Assembly: GCA_016292805.1 (NCBI GenBank)
Contig: JAEDFM010000004.1
Span: forward strand, 4,209-68,208
From: Treponema sp.
GTDB lineage: Bacteria > Spirochaetota > Spirochaetia > Treponematales > Treponemataceae
Direction of reading: 5' to 3'
DNA: 64,000 nucleotides
The translations under genes and the position numbers were made by a program. The number at the start of each line of letters is the position of its first letter. Positions within the stretch are counted from its first letter, which is position 1. The notes under the pieces are model-generated. The model saw only the letters and a list, made by a program, of their open reading frames with translations, was not told the DNA's origin and made no database searches. Shown here piece by piece: positions 8,439 to 20,106 of this stretch.

Positions 8439-10667
8439 TTACTCTCTGTAAAAATTAATCAAACATCCAGCCAGGATGATTTTTCTTTCATCATCAGTCA
8501 AATCGCCAACTGAAAGTTCAAAGCTGTTTACTGTTCCATCTTTCTTTACTGCATAAGCTGTAATTGAAGGAAGCTTTTCAGCAATCATTTTCTTTACCCC
8601 TGGAATAAATACATAATCATCGTTTGCAAATGGAAGATTTTTGTCTCCTTCTTTGTAAAGGAATGGTAACATACCCCAGTTAATAAGATTTGAACGATAG
8701 CGTTTTGTTGCATATTCGTTGGCAATGTTTGCAGAAGCACCAAGTACACGCTGACAGCTTGCGGCCTGTTCCCGGGCAGAACCATCACCTGGTTTACAAG
8801 CAAAAATTGTAGAACCAGTCTGAGCGGCAGCAGCCTTCTTTCCAAGTTCTGCATCTTTTTTAGCAAGTGCATCTACAACAGTTTTAATTTCTGCAGCAAT
8901 GCTTGGGTCCATATCACGAACAGCCTTTGCACGACCAACATAAGCAGGATCCTTGCGGCTTAAAGTAAATTCTGCAAGTCCAAGTGGATTTGAACGGAAA
9001 GATGAAGTTTCTCCAGAAGGAATAAGTTCATCTGTTGTTGTAACTGGGTCATGGATTTCTGAAACAACTTTTACAAGTAAGTCATCTCCAAGAGCCTTCT
9101 GTTCTGGCCAGTCTTTAATATTTGGACCAAACTGAATTTCAACTTCAGGATGAGCAACACCTTTTGAATCGTAAACCCGTTTGTCGTAAATTGCTTTGTC
9201 AAAGAAGTATTTCTTTCCAGAGAATTCTGTATCATATTCTGTAGCAGCTGTAAGGAAACCTTTGTTTGCAGCAGTTGCGGCAATTGAGCGGGCATCCATA
9301 AGAGCAACGCTAGACAACTGACCATTCTGAATTTTAGAGCCTTCACGATTAGGGAAGTTGCGAGTTGAGTGACGGATAGAGAATGCACCGTTTGCTGGAG
9401 TATCTCCTGCCCCGAAACAAGGACCACAGAAGGCAGTTTTAATAATTGCACCAGCACTAACCAAACTTGAGAAAGCACCGTTCTTCATTAATTCCTGATA
9501 AACTGGCATGGAAGCTGGGTAAACGTTCAAAAGGAACTTACCGTTACCAGTATCTTTTCCTTTAAGAATGTCGGCTGCTGCACAAATGTTTTCAAATCCA
9601 CCACCAGCACAACCAGCAATAACACCCTGGTCAACATAAAGCTTTCCGTCAATTACTTTGTTTTTCAAAGAGAAGTTCACTTTATCACCAAAAGAAACCT
9701 TGGCACGCTTTTCAGTTTCAGCAAGAACATCAAGCAGGTTAGCATTAACTTCATCAATTGTATAAGCACAAGAAGGATGGAATGGCATAGCAATCATAGG
9801 ACGGATTTCGCTTAAATCAATTTCGATTGCACCATCATAATAAGCACCATCTTCTGGATTAAGTTCTTTATAAGCCTTTGGACGACCGTGAATTGCATAC
9901 CATTCTTCAACTTTTTCATCAGTACGCCAAATAGAAGACAAACAAGTTGTTTCCGTTGTCATTACATCAACACCAATACGGAAATCAGCAGACAAGCTTG
10001 CAACACCAGGTCCCACAAATTCCATTACCTTGTTCTTTACATAACCGTTATCAAAAACAGCCTTAATGATTGCCAAAGCAACATCCTGTGGACCAACACC
10101 TGGAACTGGAGCACCAGTCAAATAAATTGCAACAACGCCCGGGTAAGCAACATCGTAAGTTTTATTCAAAAGCTGTTTAGCAAGCTCACCACCCCCTTCA
10201 CCAATAGCCATAGTACCAAGAGCACCATAGCGAGTGTGGCTGTCTGAACCAAGAATCATTGCACCACATTCAGCAAGCATTTCCCTGGCAAACTGATGGA
10301 TTACAGCCTGATGAGGAGGAACATAAATTCCACCGTATTTCTGAGCACAAGTAAGACCAAACATATGGTCATCTTCGTTGATTGTTCCACCAACAGCACA
10401 AAGTGAGTTGTGACAGTTTGTTAAAACATAAGGAAGAGGGAATTTTTCCAATCCAGATGCACGGGCAGTCTGAATAATTCCGACATAAGTAATATCGTGT
10501 GATGTGATTTTATCGAATTTGATTTTAAGTTTTGCAGCGTCACCTGATGTATTGTGTTTCTGCAAAATAGAATATGCCATAGTTTTTTTGGCACCATCAG
10601 CAGGATTAGAACCAGCGTCTGTAAGTTTACCATTTACAAGGTAAGCACCCTTTTCCCAAAGTTTCAT
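8439..10667 (-). CDS. Aconitase-family [4Fe-4S] hydratase (YbhJ-like)
   Basis: [52 protein letters not shown] motifs. Confidence 0.9.
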   Translation of the reverse strand: MKLWEKGAYLVNGKLTDAGSNPADGAKKTMAYSILQKHNTSGDAAKLKIKFDKITSHDITYVGIIQTARASGLEKFPLPYVLTNCHNSLCAVGGTINEDDHMFGLTCAQKYGGIYVPPHQAVIHQFAREMLAECGAMILGSDSHTRYGALGTMAIGEGGGELAKQLLNKTYDVAYPGVVAIYLTGAPVPGVGPQDVALAIIKAVFDNGYVKNKVMEFVGPGVASLSADFRIGVDVMTTETTCLSSIWRTDEKVEEWYAIHGRPKAYKELNPEDGAYYDGAIEIDLSEIRPMIAMPFHPSCAYTIDEVNANLLDVLAETEKRAKVSFGDKVNFSLKNKVIDGKLYVDQGVIAGCAGGGFENICAAADILKGKDTGNGKFLLNVYPASMPVYQELMKNGAFSSLVSAGAIIKTAFCGPCFGAGDTPANGAFSIRHSTRNFPNREGSKIQNGQLSSVALMDARSIAATAANKGFLTAATEYDTEFSGKKYFFDKAIYDKRVYDSKGVAHPEVEIQFGPNIKDWPEQKALGDDLLVKVVSEIHDPVTTTDELIPSGETSSFRSNPLGLAEFTLSRKDPAYVGRAKAVRDMDPSIAAEIKTVVDALAKKDAELGKKAAAAQTGSTIFACKPGDGSAREQAASCQRVLGASANIANEYATKRYRSNLINWGMLPFLYKEGDKNLPFANDDYVFIPGVKKMIAEKLPSITAYAVKKDGTVNSFELSVGDLTDDERKIILAGCLINFYRE

Positions 10668-10680
10668 TTATTGCTCCTGT

Positions 10681-10885
10681 GTAAGCGCGGTCAGAGCGTG
10701 CGCTTTGATTTATAAAAAAAGAACGTTTAAAATAGATGGCTGAAATTGCGCCATCTATTTTAAGTCCCGAGTTTTTTTACAAAAACTCTATTTATTTACG
10801 TGTTCGCTTGCGCGAACGTTTTGTAAATCCTCAGTTGTTGAAACAACTTGCGGTTTACAAAATTAAGGAATGGTTGATTATAACA
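10681..10885 (-). promoter_or_regulatory. Promoter (TGtTATAAT at 10877-10885) and a structured ~200-nt 5' leader of the hydratase gene
   Basis: Five hairpins, including a perfect 14-bp stem TTAAAATAGATGGC/GCCATCTATTTTAA followed by a U tract. Confidence 0.55.
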
Positions 10886-10952
10886 AAAAAATACCATTGT
10901 TCATAGAGATTTTTTTTTGCAATTATTCATTTTTCTTCTATAATTAATAATT

Positions 10953-13592
10953 ATGAGAAGAACTATTATGTCATTTTTATTATCATCAATTTTAGGGGCA
11001 CTTACAGCACAGACATTTACAGAAATTAAAGGTGCCTTCCCTTTCAATGCTTTTGGGCTTGAAAAAAACTCCCAGATTTCAGCAGAAGATCTGAATCATC
11101 CAATTACAGATAAGGACAGAATTACAGTTACTTCCGATGGTCATATTCAGGCCAACGGTCAAAAGCTTAGAATCTTTGGAACAAATCTTTCAGAATTTCC
11201 TAACAGTCACAGCGAGGCAGATTTTGCAGCAGAAGCTTTAGCAAAACAGGGCTTTAACTGTATCCGATTCCATCATACCGATTCTGATTGGGCCAGATGT
11301 TTTATTAAAAATGTAAACGGAACACGAGTTATTGATAGAAAACGATTAGATGATTTTGACTACTTTTTTGCTCAGCTTAAGAAAAACGGCATTTATTCAA
11401 ATATCAATCTTCTTACAGGAAGAACCTATACCACAGCAGATGGATTAAAAAATGAAATCATGAAGGTTACAGACTGGAAAAACCGTCATAACCTTGGTTT
11501 CTGGAATGAGGATGGAAAAAAGGTACAGAAAAAATGGGCAAAAGAACTTCTATCTCATGTAAATCCTTATACGGGAACTTCTTACCTGGAAGATCCAGCA
11601 GTTGCAATTGTAGAAATAAACAACGAAAACGGTCTTTTACAGTCATATTTAGATGGAAACCTGGAAGAATACACCGGTTATTACTGGCAGGATTTAGAAA
11701 ATCAATGGAATTCATGGTTGAAAAATAAAAATCTGGATTATAAAATCCTTGATTCAAAATATAATTCCAGAATCAATGAAGGAAACTCTCTAATTTCCCC
11801 AAACTCCAGATGGAATCTGGAAAGTCATTACGGAGCAAAAACAACCAGAAAAGAAGAAGGAACTGCCAGGTTTATAACAGTAGACGAAATAGGTAAAGAA
11901 GGCTGGCATGTTCAGTACAACTGTGCAGGTCTTAATATGTCAGAAGACAAAATTTACACAATCAAATTCAGTATTCGTGCATCAAAAGCATGCGAAATTG
12001 ATATTAGTCTTATGCAGGCTCATGCTCCATGGCAAAATGCAGGTTTTTCTAAAAAAATTGCAGTTTCACCGGCATGGAAAGAATACAGTTTTACAGTTTC
12101 TGGGATTACTACAGACAATAACCTTAGACTGAACTTTGGCAATATGGGATTATTAAAAGGTATAACTTACGGTTTTAAAGATATTTCTATTGTAGAAGGT
12201 GGAAATCTTATTCACATACAGCCAGGCAAAAAATCTACAGCAAATGAAAAAACAGTAGCTATGCCTCGTTATTCAGAATATGCAAGTATGCCTGGAGAAT
12301 TAAAAAATCTTGTTGCAGAATTTCTTTGGGATACAGAAGACTCTTATTGGAAAGAAATGATTGATTATGTAAGAGGAACTTTAGGTTCAAAAGCCCTTTT
12401 GATGGGTACAGTAGCAGGCTGCAGTACAGTAAATATCCAATCAAGATTTGACATTATTGACACTCACGGCTACTGGAATCATCCTGCATTTCCAGGAACT
12501 TCCTGGGATACAAGCAATTATTTTGTTGCAAATAAAGACATTACTAAAGCCGGAAATGAAAATACATTACTCAACTGTGCAAAATACAGAGTATATGGAA
12601 AACCATTCAGTTGTTCAGAATATGATCATCCATATCCAAATCAATTCCAGGCACAAATGTATCCAATGCTGGCAGCTTATGCAAGTTTTCAGGACTGGGA
12701 TATTCTGTTCACCTTCTGCTATGGGTTACCAAAAACTCCAGGCGGACAGTCAGAAAAAATTGCCGATTACTTTGATCAGGGACGCACACCTGTAAAAACT
12801 TCAGCAGCACCAATTGCTGCCCGCATTTTCCGTAATTATCAGATAACACCTGGAAAAAATAAGCTTTATGTTTCAATTCCAGCAGAAAAAGAAAAACTCA
12901 TGCTTAATAAATTCCACAGCTGGAATATTGGAGATACAATACATTTTGGAATGAATTCATTGTTAGGATTAACTTCACAAATTGGTGTTGTTCTGGATGA
13001 AAAAACAGAAAATATTCCAGAAAACGGAAAACTCATAACTAAAGAATTATCTGATAGTGCTGATAAATCAACTTTACAGACATTCAGTGATACCAGGGAA
13101 TTGTACTGGGATAGAGTTTCGGGAGTATTCATGGCATGCAGCAAAGACGCAATGGTTTCGGTCATAAACAAGGATTCTTTGGTGCCCGCTTTCCCAGTGG
13201 AGTGGCAGCAGGATGGAATGATTTTACCACTCACAGACACAAAAGATTTTGCTTCCGTAGCAGTATCTAAAAAAGATGGAAATTTTGCAGGCTTTGCAGC
13301 CAGCTGGAATGGCAACAAAGGTGAATCCCTGGCTCAATATGGCGGCGAAAAAGGAACACCTGCTAAATTTCGAACTACAAGAGATACAATCAACCTTACA
13401 ACTATAAAAGGCCACGGCTCCGGCCCAGCCTATGCTTTAGGTGTAACAGGTACAATGCAGCTTGCAGGTTCTAAAAAAGGAAAATTCAATTACACAGACA
13501 TAAAAGGAAATCCAACCGGTAAAACAGTAACTGGAACAAAATTTGATTTTGAACCTTCCTGCAACAGCTTGTGGTTTGTAATTGATTTCTAA
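10953..13592 (+). CDS. Secreted clan-A glycoside hydrolase with an inserted CBM4/9-like domain (GH148-like beta-glucanase)
   Basis: Signal peptide; FNCIRFHH, EINNENGL (acid/base), CBM-like segment (WHVQY...YTIKFSIRA...MQAHAPW...WKEYSF), DTHGYWNHP, SEYDHPYPN (nucleophile). Confidence 0.75.
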   Translation: MRRTIMSFLLSSILGALTAQTFTEIKGAFPFNAFGLEKNSQISAEDLNHPITDKDRITVTSDGHIQANGQKLRIFGTNLSEFPNSHSEADFAAEALAKQGFNCIRFHHTDSDWARCFIKNVNGTRVIDRKRLDDFDYFFAQLKKNGIYSNINLLTGRTYTTADGLKNEIMKVTDWKNRHNLGFWNEDGKKVQKKWAKELLSHVNPYTGTSYLEDPAVAIVEINNENGLLQSYLDGNLEEYTGYYWQDLENQWNSWLKNKNLDYKILDSKYNSRINEGNSLISPNSRWNLESHYGAKTTRKEEGTARFITVDEIGKEGWHVQYNCAGLNMSEDKIYTIKFSIRASKACEIDISLMQAHAPWQNAGFSKKIAVSPAWKEYSFTVSGITTDNNLRLNFGNMGLLKGITYGFKDISIVEGGNLIHIQPGKKSTANEKTVAMPRYSEYASMPGELKNLVAEFLWDTEDSYWKEMIDYVRGTLGSKALLMGTVAGCSTVNIQSRFDIIDTHGYWNHPAFPGTSWDTSNYFVANKDITKAGNENTLLNCAKYRVYGKPFSCSEYDHPYPNQFQAQMYPMLAAYASFQDWDILFTFCYGLPKTPGGQSEKIADYFDQGRTPVKTSAAPIAARIFRNYQITPGKNKLYVSIPAEKEKLMLNKFHSWNIGDTIHFGMNSLLGLTSQIGVVLDEKTENIPENGKLITKELSDSADKSTLQTFSDTRELYWDRVSGVFMACSKDAMVSVINKDSLVPAFPVEWQQDGMILPLTDTKDFASVAVSKKDGNFAGFAASWNGNKGESLAQYGGEKGTPAKFRTTRDTINLTTIKGHGSGPAYALGVTGTMQLAGSKKGKFNYTDIKGNPTGKTVTGTKFDFEPSCNSLWFVIDF

Positions 13593-13619
13593 ACAATTAT
13601 ATAGAACATTTTGCAGAAT

Positions 13620-13654
13620 TTCACATTTTTTACGCAGTTTGATATACTGTAGGA
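13620..13654 (+). promoter_or_regulatory. Sigma70 promoter with leaderless geometry
   Basis: TTCACA-17 nt-(TGa)TATACT-6 nt-ATG. Confidence 0.6.
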
Positions 13655-16600
13655 ATGAAAAGAATTATTAGTCTCACTGTTTTTACATTTTTAATATTGT
13701 CTTTCATGATGGTATTTTCTATCACATCATGTAAGCCACAATTAATTGATTCGCCGACACGTAATGAACACGAATCAAAATCACCTGCTGATTACCCGGA
13801 TATTATCTATCCACCAAAGGTTGTTACAGCAACAAATGGTACATATAGAAAAATAAAAATTTCTTGGGCAGCAGTTGAAAATGCGATTGACTATGCCCTC
13901 TATTCTGCGGAAACACCTTTTGATACTTTCACCAAAATTGCAGAAACTACTGGTACAGAATATGAAATTGAAGCAGAACCAGGTACAACTCTTTATTTTG
14001 CAGTTGGTGCTATAAACTATTACGGAACGGAATCTGCAAAAAGTAAAGTTATATCGGGAAGTTCTCTTGCAACACCTATTATTACAGAAATAGAAGATGA
14101 TACCACTACAAGTTTTTTAGTTAACTGGTGGATGGACAACTGTGATGTAAACACTTATGAAAATGATGTTACATTTACAGTAAAGGTCTATGATAAAGAT
14201 AAAAGACTTTTGCCTGATTTTTCAAAATCTGTAGCAGGAAATCAGCGTTCAGCAAAAATTGAAAATCTTATATCATCAACAAAGTATTGGTTTACAGTTG
14301 AAGCTTCAGTAAAAATTGTAAATGAAGATGGAACTGAATATACTAATAAAGCTGAAGAAAGTGATTATACAGAAAAAGAATCTGCTCATAAAATCACTCC
14401 TGAAAAAGTTAGAAACTTATGTGTAACACAGGGAATCGATAACCAGGTAAAACTTTCTTTTGAAATTCCAGAACCTGTTTGGTCTAAAGATGGTAATATT
14501 TGGGAATTAAAACCAGTTTATTTCTCAATTATGAGAAAAGAAACTGAATCTGAAGATACATTTAATATTTTTGAACATCAAATTGCAACAATTGGTTCTA
14601 TACCAGAAAGTACTTTTACTTCTTTTACAAAAAATGCAAACTATCATTTTGACTGCACAACAAATAAAATTATTGATTCTATAAATAAAAATGAAGTAGA
14701 TTTCATCTTTATTGAATCCCCAACACAAAATGAAACCTCTCCTCTACAGTATTATATTTCAAATTCAAAAATAACTTTTGTTGATAAATCTGCAATTCGC
14801 GGAAAAAAATATGATTACATTGTAAGAAGTTTCCCAGATTATAGTGCAAATGCTACTGACCGTTCTGATAACACTTCAGTAACTGAAACTGTAACAGGTT
14901 GGGCAATCAGCCAACCAAATTTAGTTGTAAAAGAAACTTACAACAAAGATGATGAAAACATCATTTCCAATGTAAAGGTTTCATTTGAAAATTCTAATTT
15001 TGAAACTTACGGTATTGATTACAAATATGTTATTTCAAGAATACTTACTGATGAAGAAACAGAAACAATTGATAAAGTATTCTTCACAGACAATTTTAAA
15101 TCTTTTGAGGATGTAATTCCAGCTACTACAACTGCTAAGTATTATAGATATAATTTATATATTCTTTCAAAGGATGCTGTTGAATCTGAAAATATTCCTG
15201 ATTCTTATTTAGATTTTTACTCTTCAAATAAAATTGTAACTGTCATTGATGATTTTTCAAAATTACCAGTTCTTGAAAACTTTTCTGTAGAAGATGGTTA
15301 TGCAAATAAGTTTGTAATTAATTGTGAAGCAGAATTAGGCATTGAATACACACTTACCGCAATTCCTGTTATAAACATGACCGAAGGGGCTAAAAAAACA
15401 TCACCGGTCAATTTTACTAATAATAAGTTTGAGTTAAAATCTTTTGACGATTCTACATTAATTCAGGAAGGACAGGCATACAAATTTATACTAAAAGCAA
15501 AATTAGGTGAAATTTCAAAAGAAGTTGCATTAGATGACTTGTATTACACTTTAGGGACTCCAACAGTAACCTTTAATACCTATGAATATGATTCAATTAC
15601 TGTAACATGGCCAAAAGTACAAATGGCTTCTGATACTTACGCAGTTACAGCAGAATATACAGAATCAACTTGTGATGAAGATACAGGTGAATTAATTACT
15701 CCTGAAAATACAAAAATCACATTTGATGAATCAAAAAACCTTTATACTTGTACAATTACAGAACCTTCAGGTTTTAATAAATCTTACATTTCGGGTCGTC
15801 CAATTAACCTAAAAGTAAAAGCAACAAGTGCAAAACACCAAGAAGAAACTTCAACAACAGATATTGTTGTCCGTACATTAGGACCTGCAGAAATTGAAAC
15901 AAAACAAACTGAACAGCCACAAAAGGATCAGACTAAATTCTCATGGTCACCTGCAGTTGGAGCAAAAAAATACCTTGTTTACCGCATTATGTACGGAGAC
16001 AAAGAAAAAACTGATACAAATATCATTGGTACAGATAGACTTATTATTGATGTAGAAAAACTTACTGTAGAAAATGATTCTGATCAGGATAATAATGGAC
16101 GTTCTATTATTGAATTTGATTCAAATGAATCTATATATAAATATACTTTAATAGATAAGCAGGTTGATGCAACAGAAACATATGGTTACCAGTTTAATCA
16201 GGAACGTATTCAATGGGGGTACCCTATTGATTATGTAGTGCTTCCATTAAGAGAAAATGATAATGCAAATTCTATTTCCTTTAATTACGCTAACCAGACA
16301 ACAACTTTTAATACAACTTCTTTAATCAGTTATGAAACAGATTTTATAAAAGAACATAAGGTTGAACGATGTACTTTTGGTTATGGATTTAATGTTCATG
16401 CAACAAAATCTGAAAGTGGATCTAGAATTAAGATTACATGGGAAAAACCTAATAATGTTAATAAATCTGTATCAATTTATAGAATGCCATTTAATAAAAC
16501 TGCAAACTATAATTATGGATCTATTTGGGAGAGAATTGCTACAGAAGATTCTAATACCTATGAGTATGAGGATTTTATTGACCAGAAAAAATCTCATTTA

Positions 16601-17851
16601 GCTTATGTTTATGCTGTTCAGTATGATTCAACTTCAGATTTAGTTTCTTCATACAGAACCTCGCCTTACGGACTTGGTATGAAAGAAAAGAATTATGATG
16701 AAAAGTATACTAATGCTAATAAAACTGTAGAACCAAGCAATAAAGGATATTTGTTCTCTATTACAAATGTTGAAGCTCAGCCTATTGATGGTACTAATTC
16801 ATACAAAGAATTAATTTCTTGGAATTCAACATGGGACTTTGAAGAAAGAGCATTGTGTCCAACAAGTTTTGATATTCAAGTAAAAAATAAAAACCTTGCA
16901 TACACAAAAGACTGGATAAGTATTGCAAAAGTAAACATTTCTCCAAAAGGAGAGTTTTCATTTGATAACAATTTTACTCTTCCTGAAAATAATGATTATG
17001 ATGTTTATGTAAATACAGACTCTATTGGTGAAGTTACAGTTGAACCAAATAGCTTTATAAATAATCAGGCACCAATAGAAACAAACGGTTTGCTAAAAGT
17101 ATTGCGAGACACACGTCACTATTACAGTTTTTATATTACCGATGGTACATCTTACGATAGACAATTCGATGATGAAACATTGTATACATATAGAAATATT
17201 ACAGATTCAGAACTGGTTAAATGTATTAATCTAATTTTAGCAGACGCACTTTATCAGGCTCATATAGATAAAACCGATGGCATTGTAGTTTCTGCCGAAA
17301 AACTTTCTACTTTTTGTGAAGGAAAAGAAGGTACTTTCACTTTCACCTTTACAGCTTGGAAAAAAAATAGTCAATGGGGATTCAGTGGAAAAGATTATAT
17401 TCATGTATTCCGCTGTGGTAGTCCAATTGATACCAAGAATTATTTAACCTCAGATTTTACACTTTGTGGAGAAAATAGTTCAGAAGCTAAAGGTTGTGAT
17501 CAACAAAAACTATATCACTTACCGCTACTTTCTCTAACAGTAAAACACAATTCCGGATTAGCATCATACTCAAAGCCTGTAACCATTATAGTTGGAGAAT
17601 CTGGTACTTCTGAAAATTATACGCTTAAAGAAACTGTTAATGGGGAAGAATTCGATTTTTATCCAACAGACGATAATAAAAAATCAATTAACAGAGATTA
17701 TGGAGTATTTATGAAATGGTTCCCTTACTGGCTAGGTAATGATATTAGTGGGACACCTGTTACTTCATATAATGAGTCATATCCACTATATATGACATCA
17801 AAAAAGACAGATTCAGATACTGATAAATCATGGAAAACATGGTGGAACTAA
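13655..17851 (+). CDS. Large lipoprotein with fibronectin type III-like repeats
   Basis: Lipobox ...FSITSC; FN3-like units such as PPKVVTATNG..IKISWAAVENAIDYALY..LYFAVGAIN and VHATKSESGSRIKITWEKP. Confidence 0.8.
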   Translation: MKRIISLTVFTFLILSFMMVFSITSCKPQLIDSPTRNEHESKSPADYPDIIYPPKVVTATNGTYRKIKISWAAVENAIDYALYSAETPFDTFTKIAETTGTEYEIEAEPGTTLYFAVGAINYYGTESAKSKVISGSSLATPIITEIEDDTTTSFLVNWWMDNCDVNTYENDVTFTVKVYDKDKRLLPDFSKSVAGNQRSAKIENLISSTKYWFTVEASVKIVNEDGTEYTNKAEESDYTEKESAHKITPEKVRNLCVTQGIDNQVKLSFEIPEPVWSKDGNIWELKPVYFSIMRKETESEDTFNIFEHQIATIGSIPESTFTSFTKNANYHFDCTTNKIIDSINKNEVDFIFIESPTQNETSPLQYYISNSKITFVDKSAIRGKKYDYIVRSFPDYSANATDRSDNTSVTETVTGWAISQPNLVVKETYNKDDENIISNVKVSFENSNFETYGIDYKYVISRILTDEETETIDKVFFTDNFKSFEDVIPATTTAKYYRYNLYILSKDAVESENIPDSYLDFYSSNKIVTVIDDFSKLPVLENFSVEDGYANKFVINCEAELGIEYTLTAIPVINMTEGAKKTSPVNFTNNKFELKSFDDSTLIQEGQAYKFILKAKLGEISKEVALDDLYYTLGTPTVTFNTYEYDSITVTWPKVQMASDTYAVTAEYTESTCDEDTGELITPENTKITFDESKNLYTCTITEPSGFNKSYISGRPINLKVKATSAKHQEETSTTDIVVRTLGPAEIETKQTEQPQKDQTKFSWSPAVGAKKYLVYRIMYGDKEKTDTNIIGTDRLIIDVEKLTVENDSDQDNNGRSIIEFDSNESIYKYTLIDKQVDATETYGYQFNQERIQWGYPIDYVVLPLRENDNANSISFNYANQTTTFNTTSLISYETDFIKEHKVERCTFGYGFNVHATKSESGSRIKITWEKPNNVNKSVSIYRMPFNKTANYNYGSIWERIATEDSNTYEYEDFIDQKKSHLAYVYAVQYDSTSDLVSSYRTSPYGLGMKEKNYDEKYTNANKTVEPSNKGYLFSITNVEAQPIDGTNSYKELISWNSTWDFEERALCPTSFDIQVKNKNLAYTKDWISIAKVNISPKGEFSFDNNFTLPENNDYDVYVNTDSIGEVTVEPNSFINNQAPIETNGLLKVLRDTRHYYSFYITDGTSYDRQFDDETLYTYRNITDSELVKCINLILADALYQAHIDKTDGIVVSAEKLSTFCEGKEGTFTFTFTAWKKNSQWGFSGKDYIHVFRCGSPIDTKNYLTSDFTLCGENSSEAKGCDQQKLYHLPLLSLTVKHNSGLASYSKPVTIIVGESGTSENYTLKETVNGEEFDFYPTDDNKKSINRDYGVFMKWFPYWLGNDISGTPVTSYNESYPLYMTSKKTDSDTDKSWKTWWN

Positions 17852-17862
17852 GGAGAACAGAC

Positions 17863-20088
17863 ATGAAACATACATTTAAATATATTTTTACAATGCTTCT
17901 CTGCTCTGTTTTTATTTTCACAAGCTGCTATACATGGTTTGAAGATAAAGTAAAAATGGATACAGAAACACCTCAGATTTCTCTTACTGATTTTTTATAT
18001 GAAGCACCAAAAATTACAAATCTTGATCCACCTGAACAGTTAATTGTTTCTCAAGGATTATATAGCGGAATTATTAAGCTTCATTGGACTGATGTTCCTA
18101 ATGCTACTTCATACAGAATTGAACGTGCGGTAGTAAGCGCAGACTCAAATGGAAATTATCCAATTCCAGAAGAAGGAGATTTTTCTGTTCTAGAAAAATA
18201 CGTTTTCCATACAAACTATAGTGATCATATTTTATCAGATCCTAAATCGAATTCAGATTATTCAAAACTTTATTATTATAGAGTTAGTGCAGAAAATATT
18301 GTAAAAGGTTACGAATCAAGTGATTTTACAGATTATACAGCTCAAGAAACATTTGGTTTAGGCTGGCTTTTAGCACCACCTCAAAATATTTCTGCTTGGA
18401 AGGGCAAAAAGGAAGACTCTATTCAAATTTCCTGGGAAAAAGTACCTAAAGCTAGAAGCTATCAGATTTACCGTGGTGAAAAATCTAATGGCACTGGTAT
18501 GGAATTGTTAGATACAGTAAAAGCAAATCAAAATGTATTCTTAAATTCTATAGAACCAATTGAACAGGGAACTGAATTTTATTACAAAGTTGTTGCTGTA
18601 CTCGGAAATGACTCATTATCTGCTCCAACCGGACTTGCATTAGGATATACAAGAAAAGAAGGAGCTCCAGAGCCACCTGACTCTATTACAATTGAAAATG
18701 GTAAAGGACAAAGTCTCAATTCTATTAAAATTAAATGGGAACCTGCTGCTGATAAAGAAAATTATAAAACATTTTATTCTGTATTTAGATCTAGCTCTAC
18801 TAATTCATTATTAAAACAGATAAAAAAAGAAACATCCGAAACAAGTGTTGTAGACTCAGATAACCTTGAACCTGGTATTATATACTATTATTATGTACAA
18901 TCAATTTATAAAAATGATATTGATTTTCTAAAGTCAAAATTTTCTGATACAGGTCCAGAACCAGAAGACGATGGCGAAACAGCTTATGGTTATTTGTTAA
19001 GTGCTCCTTCAGATGTTGAAATTACAGATGGCAGTACAAAAGATAAAGTAACTATAAAATGGACGCCAGCAGTACGTTATGTAAAAGAAGAAGTAACAGA
19101 TCCTTTTACATATATAATTCAGAGTTCTGATTCTTTATCAGCAGATTCTTTCGTTGATTTTGAAGAAATAACATCAATTCCTGAAATTTCTGAAGGATAC
19201 TATTCATATGAAGTTTCTAAGAAAAACTTTTATAGAATAATTACCGTAAATTCTGATGGTTTAAGAAGTGAACCTTCTTATATTGTAGCACCTACACCAG
19301 AAGCACCTGAAACAGTAACCGTAACAAAAACTTCAGCTTTAACAGGATTACAAAACTACAATTACAATACAAATGAAGTTTATCCAGTTAAAATTACTTG
19401 GACTAAACCTGCAGATGACAATCCATACGGTTATTATATTTATCGTTCTACAAGTCCTGATAGTGGTTATAGAAGAATTACAGATTTACCTTTATCAGCT
19501 TCATCAACAAGTTTTATTGATGAAAATGAAACTGCCAGACCAGGAACTTATTACTATTACAAAGTAGTTTCATTAAATGTTTTAGGCCAAGGTAAAAAAG
19601 GCAATGTAGACTATGGATACGGAGCTATAACTCGAGATCAGTGGTTCCGTGAATATAATAAAACTATTATGAGTTCACAAGCAAAATTAACTCTTATGCA
19701 TAAATCAAATGATATGGATAAGCTTGGCAGTGAAACAATTAAAGGTAAATTTAGCGGTACACTAAGTTACAATGCTAAAATTGCTGGTTTAGGTGCAGAA
19801 ATTACAATGCATTATCAAGATTACTGTGACTTTGTCGATAGTTTTGATAATCCATATTACAAACTAACAGGAAATACAGATACGACTTCTAATATGTCTG
19901 CAAATGGTAACATGCATGAAAAAGTAACTTGTACTGGTATGTATCCTGGATATGCTATTTATAATAATTTGCAGATTAAAGGTGGTGCTGCCGGTGGTGG
20001 TTACTATCTGGTTGAAACATATGATCAAACAGGTTCCATTATTTTACCTGAAGGTAATGTAGATTGGACAGTAGGAGAACAGCATTAA
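17863..20088 (+). CDS. Lipoprotein with about five fibronectin type III repeats and a distinct C-terminal domain
   Basis: AGGAGA RBS before ATG 17863; lipobox FIFTSC; repeated (A/P)P...I.W...Y.IYR...YYY.V units. Confidence 0.85.
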   Translation: MKHTFKYIFTMLLCSVFIFTSCYTWFEDKVKMDTETPQISLTDFLYEAPKITNLDPPEQLIVSQGLYSGIIKLHWTDVPNATSYRIERAVVSADSNGNYPIPEEGDFSVLEKYVFHTNYSDHILSDPKSNSDYSKLYYYRVSAENIVKGYESSDFTDYTAQETFGLGWLLAPPQNISAWKGKKEDSIQISWEKVPKARSYQIYRGEKSNGTGMELLDTVKANQNVFLNSIEPIEQGTEFYYKVVAVLGNDSLSAPTGLALGYTRKEGAPEPPDSITIENGKGQSLNSIKIKWEPAADKENYKTFYSVFRSSSTNSLLKQIKKETSETSVVDSDNLEPGIIYYYYVQSIYKNDIDFLKSKFSDTGPEPEDDGETAYGYLLSAPSDVEITDGSTKDKVTIKWTPAVRYVKEEVTDPFTYIIQSSDSLSADSFVDFEEITSIPEISEGYYSYEVSKKNFYRIITVNSDGLRSEPSYIVAPTPEAPETVTVTKTSALTGLQNYNYNTNEVYPVKITWTKPADDNPYGYYIYRSTSPDSGYRRITDLPLSASSTSFIDENETARPGTYYYYKVVSLNVLGQGKKGNVDYGYGAITRDQWFREYNKTIMSSQAKLTLMHKSNDMDKLGSETIKGKFSGTLSYNAKIAGLGAEITMHYQDYCDFVDSFDNPYYKLTGNTDTTSNMSANGNMHEKVTCTGMYPGYAIYNNLQIKGGAAGGGYYLVETYDQTGSIILPEGNVDWTVGEQH

Positions 20089-20106
20089 TTGTTAAAGGAG
20101 AAAACA

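Noticed and set aside
13655..20088. Possible CRISPR-like or DNA tandem repeats in the FN3 genes
   Set aside because: Repetition is visible only at the protein-motif level; no conserved nucleotide repeat-spacer pattern
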